A model generated the notes under the pieces. That model worked only from the letters and a program-made list of their open reading frames with translations, ran no database searches and was not told where the DNA came from. The position numbers were made by a program, and so were the translations under genes. Positions 33,674-45,600 of a stretch of 50,791 nucleotides of DNA are shown one piece after another. Origin of the DNA: an uncultured Gammaproteobacteria bacterium (lineage in GTDB: Bacteria > Patescibacteriota > Patescibacteriia > Magasanikbacterales > GWA2-37-8). The first letter of the stretch is position 1; every line of letters starts with the position of its first letter. The stretch covers positions 3,635-54,425 of the forward strand of contig CAZUFD010000005.1 of NCBI GenBank assembly GCA_964619625.1, given 5' to 3'.

Positions 33674-36600
33674 CTAATTTTCGGTGGTTGAAGCAGTTGT
33701 TTCCGGTTCTGTCACACTCGTAACCAAGGGCGGCTCAACGCTAGGCAGGAGTGCCGGAGTTGATGTTGATGTAAGGGGTTCCTCTGCTGTAGTCGGAATG
33801 ACGACAATTGGAGTTGTGGTGGTGTTACTAACTATTGGCTCAACGAATTCCTCTGTTTCAATCGGAATGACGGCGGGTGTTGTTGATTGGATTTCCATTT
33901 CTACGGGAATGACAATGGGTAGTGTGGAAGTGGAAATCACAATTTTGGCATCTTTAACAGCTAACGCTATCCAGCTGAATACAATATCGCCGGGCGCTGG
34001 TTTGTTTAGCTTGATAGTAAAGCCGGTTGCGCTCTTTTTGGTGACCAGATAACGAATATCTTCGGCAAAAATACGTTCTTCCAGATCTTCGGTAGAAGTT
34101 GGGGCAGTGCTGGAAGCTTCCAGAGAAATAGAAACACTAATTACCGGCTGCGCCAAATATTCACGCTCAAACACTACCTCGGCAAACTGTGTGCCCGAAG
34201 ACATTACTACAAAACCACCGCTATCCGCGTTAAAGTACGGCCGACCAAAGAAGATACTGTCGCCCATAAATGTGGTTGCGCCGGAAATTGAACTAATAGA
34301 ATCTACTTGCAAACCACCCTTGAAGCTGACCATATTTTCAAACTGCAAACCGGTACTTTGGGCAAACATGCCAAGGTCAAGCGAACTGGCAGAGCTGGTG
34401 GCGGTGCTGGAAGCAAACAAAGTATTTAACAGAGTTTCATTCTCGGCCAGTTGCGTGGCCAAATTATTAAGGGTTGTAGTAGTGTTATTTAATTCTTGCG
34501 CAATGGTTTGCAAGCTTGAAGTTATGGAATTGATGAGCGGATTTTCAATGTCGGTTACAAACAATTTTCCTACAACTGTAACGTCTCCGTTAAACATGCT
34601 TAACCCCGCCACCTTCAGACCATTTAAGAATGCGGCCAGCCCTTCTACTTCCAAAGCATTTGTTTCTAGCCCTTCCACTATTAATGTAGAAGTGGTGCTG
34701 GAGGCGCTCATCTCACTCACCGTATCGGCAAGTGACGATAATTTGTCGGTTATGATATTTAAGCCAAAAATCTGATTAGCACTAATTTCGTTGGCAGTTA
34801 ATTTGCCGGCAAAGAAGCCGTTGCCCAGATTATCAAAGGTAATAACCGGAGTAGAGGAAACAAACGGAGTGGTGCTTGATATTTCCGTGCTGGAAGTGGT
34901 GGTGGCGGCAAAAATACTAAATAATTCTCCGCCTGCTAATGTTAATCCTATTCCAGAGCCGGACAAACTGCTAATCGTATCAACATTTATGTTTTGCGTA
35001 ACCACTCGCGGGGTGATAATTTCCAGTCCGGCCATAACTCTGTCGGTATAAATTTCCGAGACTGAAGTAGATGCGGTGAAACTTTGTTTATCGGCAATCA
35101 TTTTGGTAAGCACGGCGCGGCCAACATCAAGTCCGGCAGGAATTGTGTCCAAATCCAAACCTTCTTGGGCCATTACTTTTTTCATTGCAATACCGTTGAA
35201 GTATGATGTATTTACCAAAACCATCACTTTACACAACAGACCGGCTACACATTCCGCATCTTGCAAAGCGCGACCAATCGTAACTCCGGATTTGGTGGCG
35301 CGCATAGCCACGCCAGCAACTGAAGAAATTGTTAGCATATCTCCGGCTTTAACTGGACCATTTTCATTAGAAACATTTACCGGTACACGCCCAGCCAAAG
35401 CGATTGGTTTAGCATTTCTACTTGCTCCAAGTAAATCTCCACCCATTACATCAAACGGGATGGTAGAAACAACACCAACCACCGGGCTTCCCGGTTTTGC
35501 TTTTTCTAAAATAGATGTTTTGGACAAACCAAGTTGGTATGATTCGTATTCCAAAGAACTGCTGCTAATAGATACCAAATCACCAGGTACTACATCTTCC
35601 GTGGCTTCATACCATTCGGCAAGGTCACCACCGGTGGAGTTGTAGGAGATGACAACGATAACACCGCTAGCGCCGTTGCCTCCGGCAGCACCAGTTGACT
35701 CATCAACACTTGCAGCACCGCCACCACCAGCTCCATAGGCCGTTGCGGCAGTACCTGCTTCTGCTTCAGCTCCTGATGCCTGACCACCTGTACCACCACC
35801 ACCCCAATAGCTTGCGCCTCCGATGCCGCCCTCTGACATTTCTACAACACCTGCAAATCCATCATGGCCAGCGGCTCCATTTAAATTAACATCACCACTT
35901 GTTGTTGCTGCCCCTCCAGCGCCCCCCGCAATATCAACTGGCGGAATAGCGCCGTTACTATACCCTGTTCCACCTTGACCTGGATTGGCTCCAACCAAAT
36001 TTGGCGCACCAAAAGTTGTTGTACCACCTGCACCACCACTACCCCCGCCAGCTGCGGCTGCGGCTGCGCCAGCAGCACCAACAACGATTGTTTGATTAGC
36101 CCCTAACTCAGATGCAGTAAACATTTCTATAGACGTTCCACCCGCGCCACCGCCACCTGCACCACCTTCGTTTGTTCCATCACCATCCGCACTACCACCA
36201 GCACCCCCACCACCCGTAACAATCACTTGCGCATAATCAACCCCCGCAGGCGCAGTCCATGTACCATTACCGGCCGTTGAAGATACAAAAATATCAAACG
36301 TAGAAGTGCTATTACCGCCACAACCGGTACAACTTCCCACGATTAAATTCGTAATGTTAGCATTAGTGATCGTGGTACTATTTATCGTTGAAGTTGTAAA
36401 TGTAGTATTAGTAGTGAAAGCAATAGTATTACCGGAAATTCGCATAAACGGCGTGCCGGTAACACCAGTGCCGGTTAAATAATAAGCAAAATAGTTGGCG
36501 GTTGATGTGTTAACTCCGCCGCCTGCCGTGCCTCCGCCAACAACAGTATGACAGCCAACTACGCCATTTGTATCGGTATAAAGAGCTTGATCGGCTCCGT

Positions 36601-39600
36601 CACAACTAGTTACTGTAGATAAGGTAAGACCAGCAATCGTAGTGGTGGAAAGGGTCGTTAAATTGGTAATGTTAAAATTGGTACCGGTGGCGGAAGCAAA
36701 TGTTAAGTTGCTCAAAGCAGACAAACTGCTGACGCTAAAGTTTGTAGTCGTAACCGACGTGCTCATTAAACGAGGAATAGTCGTAGTGGCATTACCAGAC
36801 GGAGAAATAGTTAAGCCGCCATTTGAAGCCACGGTAAACGATGCATAATTGGTTGAATTGTAACCTAAACGTAACTGTTCGGTGGTTGATACGACATGAA
36901 GCGTGGTAGAAGGGACATTTGTTCCGATACCAACTTGTGAAGTAGAAGTAACAAGATATACATTTAAGCCAGAGAATGTCCAGGTGGTGGTGCCGCTTCC
37001 GCCTGGGGCGGCGCCACAACCGTTACATGTGGTAACATTTAAAGTAGTAATATTAGCGGTGGTCATAGTAGAACTACTAATGGTGGTGGTAGCCAAAGTT
37101 ACAGTACCATTGCCAAATACTTGCAAACCACTGGTGGCCCCGCCGGTGCGCGGCACCACTCTAAATATAGAAGAAGTAGCGTTTGTGGAAGATGCAAATA
37201 CAGACAAAGCGCCATTGGTTTGAATCCCGCCGGCCCCAACCAACAACGAAGTTCCGGCTATAATATTTCCTTGAGCAATTACATCATTTAGGGATTGCAA
37301 GTTTCCAAATTCAGCGCTATGGGCAATAAGACTGGTTACTTCCGTACCAGATAAGTCTAATACCGACATGCTGGAACCATTGACATTGCCCGTATAAGCA
37401 TAGCGTCCAGAGACATATATAGAGGCAGAACCATTACCCGCAGTTACATTTTTTATCAGCGTTGGTTTGGTAGAACTGGATACATCTATAATAGATACGG
37501 TAGACGAAGTTTCGTTGGCTACATACGCATAACGACCGGAGACAAATATGCCATTTGGATTTACACCAGTGCTGCTGGTACCAACTTGTACCGGGCTAGC
37601 TGGATTAGAAATATCTACGATAGACATCGTTGCATCATTAAAATTGGTTACATAAGCAAACTTGCCTGAAACATAAATACCGTTCGGCGCAACGCCTACG
37701 GCAGCGGTACTTACCTGAAGCGGTACATAGGGATTGGATACGTCTACAACAGAAATGCTAGCTTCGGCATTGTTGGCCGTATAAACATATCGGCCTTGAC
37801 CATAAATAGCGAATGGATTGCCGCCAACATCTGTCGTGGCAATTTGAATCGGCGCGAGCGGATTAGAAATATCCAAAACAGAAATATTATTGTCGGTACG
37901 ATTTGCTACATAGGCATATTTGCCTGCAACATAAACTGCTCTCGGGTTTGCGCCTACGGTGGTGGTAGCAATTTTTCTGGCCGCGACCGGATTGGAAATA
38001 TCAACTGTAATTACGGAAGCCGCGCCAAAAAGCGTAACATACGCATATCGGCCAGCCACATAAATACCAAATGGTTGCGTGCCCAAAGCAGCCGTGCCAA
38101 CTTGAACTGGGTTTCTTGGATCAGATATATCTACAATGTATAAACTTTCAGTGCCTTGCGCTACAACATACGCATACTTGCCGGCTACGCTTACACCGGT
38201 CGGCGTTGATCCGATAGTAATAGAAGAAATTTCGGACATTGGGCCGCTTCCATCCAGAATATTAGAAATGTTGCCCACCACACTTAAAGCCTGCGTAGGA
38301 GTGGTTGTGCCAATACCAATGCTTCTACTAAAGGTACCGGTAGTAAACGTGCTCGTAGCAAAGACTCGCAATGTTCCCGATGTGCTAATACTGCCAGCGC
38401 TGTTTGCAAAGAATAATCCCATTAAATTACTTGTAGACGTGGCAATAAACAATCCGTCCGCTCGTAAACTTGAAGTAGTAGTTCCATCAGTTACGGTAAT
38501 TGGACTCGTATAAGCTGAGCTGCCACCACTGTCTGTTAAACAGGTAAATTTACCGGTGGTGGCATTATAATTTACGGTCTGACTGTCAGCGCTACAATCA
38601 GTGAAACTATCCATAAAGAATCCGCCGTTAATAGTTGTGGTGCGCATGGTACTGGAAGCGGCAAAATTAGCAAGAGAGGAAATATACAAATTGGTTGAGG
38701 TGGCGTTAGAAGAAGTTACATTAGTAAAGATAGCCGTGGATGCACCGCTGGCTCCGATTGGAGTGTTATTGATGGTGCCGCTATCTATAGTTAAGCCAGC
38801 TACAACCATGGCATCGGTAATTGAGTTGGATGGCAAGTTGAGAGAACCAGAAACATACAAGTTGGTGGTGGTGGCGCCAATGCCGACGACAGATAGACCG
38901 CCTAAAATGGTAGTAGAAACATTAGTGGCGCCGATTCTGACACCGCCGGCGGCGCCACCTGTGCCAATATTAATGGTCGTAGTGCCTACCCCCGTGCCTA
39001 CATTAATTGTGGATGATGTGCCAATGCCCAGCGACAATGTTTGCGCGACTGTGGAATTGCCAACAGTAATAAGGCCAGTGCCTGCTGCCGCACCAATAGT
39101 GATAGCGCCCGTCGCACCATCAGCTGGGGCCACCGAAGCAACATAGAGGTTAGTAGAAGTCATTGTCGTACCCGAAGCCACGGTGAAATATAACGGGCCA
39201 GTAAGAGTGCCGCCGGCAAGAGGTAAGTAATTTGATGCGGTTACAGTGTCTACGACCATGGCGTCGGTGATTGAGTTGTTTGGCAGACTGAGTGTGCCGG
39301 AAATATAGAGGTTCGTGGATGTTGCTGAAGTACTTACAAGATAAGGAATAGTGGTGGTGGCATTACCAGATGGCGTGATAGTTAAGCCGCCGTTTGAAGC
39401 AACGGTAAATGATGCGTAGTTGGTTGAATTATAACCTAAACGTAATTGTTCGGTAGTTGAAACAATATGTAGTGAAGTAGAAGGAACATTAGTTCCAATA
39501 CCTACTTTTGAAGTAGAGGTAACAAGATATACATTCAAATCAGAGAAATCCCAGGTAGTTGTAGCAGTGCTTGTTCCACCGCCATCTGTTAAACAGGTGA

Positions 39601-42600
39601 ATTTACCTGTGGTGGCGTTATAGTTAACTGTTGATCCTTCACCACTGCAATCTGTAAAGCTGGTCTGGAAGAAGCCGCCTTCAACAGTGGATGTTCTAAA
39701 TGTGGAGCTAGCTGACACATACAAGTTGGTGGTTGTCGCGCCGCTGCCGGTAACGTCAAATCCGCCAAGCACTCTGGTGAGAACCCCAGCTGCGCCTAAG
39801 CGGATAGTGCCAGTTGCACCACCGGTACCAATAGCAATGGTAGTGGTGCCGGCGCCAGTACCAATGTTAATTGTGCTTGAGGTGCCAATACCAAGAGATA
39901 CAGTTTGCGCAACTGATGAATTACCAAGGGTAATAAGGCCAGTGCCTGCTGAAGCACCAATAGTGATAGCGCCCGTCGCACCATCAGCTGGGGCCACCGA
40001 AGCAACATAGAGGTTGGTTGAAGTCATTGTCGTACCCGAAGCCGAGGTAAAGTACAGAGCGCCAGTTAACGTGCCACCGGCTAGAGGTAAATAATTAGAA
40101 GCAGTGATGGTGTCAACTACCATCGCATCGGTAATTGAGTTGGAAGGAAGATTCAGCACGCCAGAAACATACAAATTGGTGGTAGAAGCATTTACAAAAA
40201 TCGCATTGGTAGAAGTCATGGAAGTACCAGAAGCCGAGGTAAAGAATAACGGACCAGTTAGTGTTCCTCCGGCTAGTGGAAGGTAGTTGGAAGCGGTTAT
40301 CGTATCAACTACCATGGCGTCGGTGACGGAGTTGGATGGAAGTGTTAAGGCGCCAGTGACATTAAGGTTGGTGGTGGTAACATTGGTGGTGGAAATATTT
40401 GAAGGGCTGAAATTTGTGGTAGCTAATGTAGTAAAGAATGCGTTGGTGGATGTGACACTTGTGCCGGTAGCGGTGGTGAATCCGAAAGCGCCCGAAAGTG
40501 TGCCGCCAGTGAGGAGTAAATAATTGGAAGCGGTAATGGTGTCGACGACCATTGCATCGGTGACAGAATTACTTGGTAAATTCAAAACACCACTTACATA
40601 CAAATTGGTGGTTGTTGCGTTAGTCGCAAGAAGATTCGTTGAAGTAACCGCGGTACCCGAGGCAGATGTAAAGTACAGCGGGCCGGTCAAGGTTCCTCCT
40701 GCTAATGGTAAATAATTTGAAGCAATGATTGTATCTACAACCATGGCATCGGTAATTGAGTTGGAAGGCAGGTTGAGCACACCACTTACATACAGATTAG
40801 TTGAGGTGGCGTTAGTGGCAGTTAGGTTAGTAACTGTATCATTGGTTGATACAAGTGTAGTGAAAGACGCATTAGTTGATGTAACCGATGTTGCAAGGAA
40901 CACAGTTGAAGTCATGGCTGTGCCGGAAGCGGTAGTAAAGAAGAGCGGGCCGGTGAGCGTTCCCCCAGCGAGCGGAAGATAATTAGAGGCAGTGATAGTA
41001 TCCACGACCATGGCATCGGTGACGGAATTTGAAGGCAATGACAATACACCGCTCACATTTAAATTGGTGGTAGTAACTGAAGTTCCCACGGCTGTACCAA
41101 ATGTAATACTGGTTAAGTTGGCATTAGTGCTGGTGAGATTAGTTGTGTTGATGTTTGCGGGGCTGAAGCTGCTGGCAGATAAATTAGTAAATGATGCGTT
41201 GGTAGAGGTAATAGATGTTGCAAGGAACACCGTAGATGTCATGGCTGTACCAGAGGCGGTGGTAAATGTTAATCCGCCAGTTAACGTGCCTCCGGCTAGT
41301 GGCAGATAGTTTGAAGCTGTGATTGTATCTACCACCATGGCGTCGGTGACGGAGTTGTTGGGCAAGTTAAGCGCGCCGGAAACATACAAATTGGTGGAGG
41401 TTGCATTTACAAAAATTGCGTTGGTAGAAGTCATGGAAGTACCAGAAGCAGAAGTAAAATATAACGGACCAGTAAGAGTGCCGCCAGCTAGAGGTAAATA
41501 ATTAGAAGCAGTGATGGTGTCTACAACCATGGCATCCGTAACTGAATTTGATGGTAAGTTAAGCGCGCCAGAAACATACAAGTTGGTGGTGGTAACGCCA
41601 ATGCCGACGACAGATAGACCGCCTAAAATGGTAGTAGAAACATTAGTGGCGCCGATTCTGACACCGCCGGCGGCGCCACCTGTGCCAATATTAATGGTCG
41701 TAGTGCCTACCCCCGTGCCTACATTAATTGTGGATGATGTGCCAATGCCCAGCGACAATGTTTGCGCGACTGTGGAATTGCCAACAGTAATAAGGCCAGT
41801 GCCTGCTGCCGCACCAATAGTGATAGCGCCAGCATCCCCTGCTGCCGGACCAATTAAAGTAGCGGCAATATTTGTCGAAGTAACACTCGTACCAGTCGCA
41901 GTCGTAAATCCGAAAGCGCCCGATAGCGTGCCGCCGGTAAGCAATAGATAGTTGGAGGCGGTAATAGTGTCAGGGATCATGGCATCGGTGACTGAGTTGC
42001 TTGGAAGGTTTAAAGCCCCAGAGACATATAAGTTCGTGGAGGTTGCATTTACAAAAATCGCATTGGTAGAAGTTACGGCTGTGCCACTGGCGCTGGTGAA
42101 GTAAAGCGGGCCGGTGAGTGTGCCGCCTGCAAGCGGTAAATAGTTAGATGCCGTGATTGTATCTACAACCATCGCATCGGTAACTGAATTGGATGGTAAT
42201 GATAAGACGCCACTAACATTTAAATTGGTGGTGGTAACAGAAGTACCAACCGCTGTAGTAAAGGTAATGCTTGTGAGATTTGCGTTGGTGCTCGTGAGGT
42301 TAGTGGTGTTGATGTTTGCCGGGCTAAAGCTGCTGGCAGATAAATTAGTGAACGATGCATTGGTGGATGTGATGCTGGTGGCAAGGAAAACCGTTGAAGT
42401 CATAGCTGTGCCAGAAGCAGTGGTAAATGTTAAGCCGCCAGTGAGGGTTCCGCCTGCTAATGGTAAATAATTGCTTGCAGTAATAGTATCAACTACCATC
42501 GCGTCAGTTACAGAATTATTTGGGAGGCTTAAAACGCCTGATACATAAAGATTGGTTGAGGTGGCGTTGGTAGCGGTTAGATTTGTGACTGTATCATTGG

Positions 42601-45600
42601 TTGAAACTAAAGTTGTAAAGAAGGCATTGGTAGAAGTTACTGAAGTAGCGAGGAAGACGGTGGAAGTCATAGCGGTGCCCGATGCAGAAGTAAAGTACAA
42701 AGGCCCTGTTAATGTGCCACCGGCGAGCGGAAGATAGTTTGACGCGGTAATGGTGTCTACAACCATCGCATCGGTGACGGAGTTAGAGGGTAATGACAAC
42801 ACTCCGCTCACATTTAAGTTGGTGGTAGTAACCGAAGTACCAACCGCTGTGCCAAAGGTGATACTTGTTAAATTAGCGTTGGTACTCGTGAGGTTAGTTG
42901 TGTTGATGTTTGCCGGGCTAAAGCTGCTGGCAGATAGGTTAGTAAACGATGCGTTAGTTGAAGTAATAGAAGTTGCTAAAAATATAGTTGAGGTCATGGC
43001 TGTACCCGAAGCGGAGGTGAAGAATAACGGACCAGTTAACGTTCCACCTGCTAGTGGCAGGTAATTTGAAGCTGTAAGAGTGTCTACAACCATCGCATCG
43101 GTGACTGAGTTGGAAGGTAAATTCAATGCACCACTGACATACAAGTTAGTTGAAGTGGCATTTGTTGCAGTTAAATTAGAAATTGTTGTGTTACCAAGAT
43201 TAGTAGTGCCGGATACATATAGATTGGTAGAAGTGGCATTAGAAGAAGTTACATTGGTAAAGATTGCGGTAGAAGCACCAGTGATGCCGATCGGGGTATT
43301 GTTAATGGTACCACTATCTATAGTTAGACCAGCCACAACCATTGCATCGGTGACAGAGTTAGAAGGAAGAGAAAGAACACCGGAAACATTTAAGTTGGTT
43401 GTGGTGGCGTTTGTAGCAAGAATGTTGGTTGAGGTTACCGCGGTACCAGAAGCGCTGGTGAAATATAACGAACCCGTTAGGGTGCCACCACTTAATGCGA
43501 GATAATTGGACGCAGTGATTGTGTCAACAACCATTGCATCTGTAATGGAATTATTTGGCAGAGATAAATTAGTTGAGACTGATAAGTTAGTGGTCGTAAC
43601 GGACGTACCCACAGCATTAGTAAAGGTAATGCTGGTTAAGTTGGCGTTGGTTGAAGTTAGATTAGTCGTGTTTATGTTTGCAGGACTGAAATTACTTGTA
43701 GCCAGATTGGTAAAGAATGCGTTAGTGGATGTGACAGAAGTACCAGTAGCAGTGGTAAATCCAAATGCCCCAGACAATGTGCCGCCAGTTAATAGTAGGT
43801 AGTTTGAAGCTGTAATTGTGTCAGGAATCATTGCATCGGTGACGGAGTTGCTTGGCAGGTTCAAAACACCACTCACATACAAATTGGTGGTGGAAGCATT
43901 TACAAAAATTGCACTCGTGGAAGTTACGGCTGTGCCGCTCGCAGATGTGAAGTATAGAGGGCCGGTCAAGGTGCCTCCGGCAAGTGGCAAGTAATTAGAG
44001 GCGGTGATGGTGTCTACGACCATTGCATCGGTGACGGAGTTGGAAGGAAGAGAAAGAACACCGCTCACATTTAAGTTGGTGGTAGTAACCGAAGTTCCCA
44101 CTGCTGTACCAAAGGTAATGCTAGTTAGATTGGCATTGGTACTTGTTAGGTTGGTTGTGTTGATGTTTGCGGGGCTGAAGCTGCTGGCAGATAAGTTAGT
44201 AAACGATGCGTTAGTTGAAGTAATAGATGTTGCCAAGAAAACAGTAGATGTCATGGCTGTGCCGGAGGCTGAAGTAAAGAAGAGCGGACCGGTGAGTGTG
44301 CCGCCAGCGAGTGGCAAATAATTGGATGCGGTAATTGTATCCACGACCATCGCGTCGGTGACGGAGTTAGAGGGCAACGATAAGGCGCTTGTTACAGCCA
44401 AGTTTGTAGTGGTAACACTTGTCGCGGTTACAGCTGTAAAACTAGTATTGGTCGTAACCGTAATAGCGCCATTACTAAACTGCATAAGCGGCGTGCCGGT
44501 TACCGTTGTTCCGGTTAAGTAGAATGTAAAGTAATTGGCAGTTGAAGTATTTACTCCCCCGCTTCCACCGCCACTAGTATCATCTGCTAAACAAGTAAAT
44601 TTACCGGTTGTAGCATTATAATTTACGGTTTGGTTTTCAGCGCTACAATCAGCAAAGTCTGTTTGAAAAAATCCACCGGCAATGCTTGACGTTCTAAACG
44701 TGGAGCTGGCCGAGATGTTGAGTGTCGTGGCAACAAGATTAGTGAAAAAAGCGTTGGTTGATGTAAGGGAAGTTCCATTAGCATTTGTAAATGTTAATCC
44801 GGTGGCGAAAAGGTTGGTGGAAGTTGCGTTGGTGGCCAAGATATTTGTAGAAGTTACCATCGTGCCGCTAGCATTTGTAAAGTTAAGATTGCCTGTCAGT
44901 GTCCCTCCAGCCAGAGGTAAATAATTTGAGGCAGTAAGCGTATCTACAACCATTGCGTCAGTAACTGAGTTATTTGGTAAACTAAGAACACCAGAAACAT
45001 TTAAATTCGTGGTGGTTACAGATGTTCCAACTGCTGTACCAAAAGTAATGCTTGTGAGATTTGCGTTGGTGCTTGTAAGGTTTGTTGTGTTGATGTTCGC
45101 GGGGCTGAAGCTGCTGGCAGATAAGTTAGTAAACGATGCGTTAGTGGATGTGATGCTGGTGGCAAGGAAAACCGTTGAAGTCATGGCTGTGCCGGAAGCG
45201 GTGGTAAATGTTAAGCCGCCAGTTAGGGTTCCACCGGATAGTGGTAAGTAGTTAGAAGCAGTTAGTGTATCTACCACCATGGCGTCGGTGATGGAATTGT
45301 TTGGAAGATTTAGCACACCGCTTACATAAAGGTTAGTTGATGTAGCGTTAGTTGCTGTTAAATTAGAAATTGTTGTATTACCTAAATTCGTAATTCCTGA
45401 TACATACAAGTTGGTGGAAGTGGCATTTACAAAAATTGCATTGGTTGAAGTTACGGCCGTGCCACTGGCAGAGGTGAAATATAACGGCCCAGTTAAGGTG
45501 CCCCCGGCTAACGGGAGATAATTTGAAGCAGTGATAGTATCAACAACCATCGCATCTGTTACAGAATTACTTGGTAAAGATAAAACTCCAGTTACCGCCA

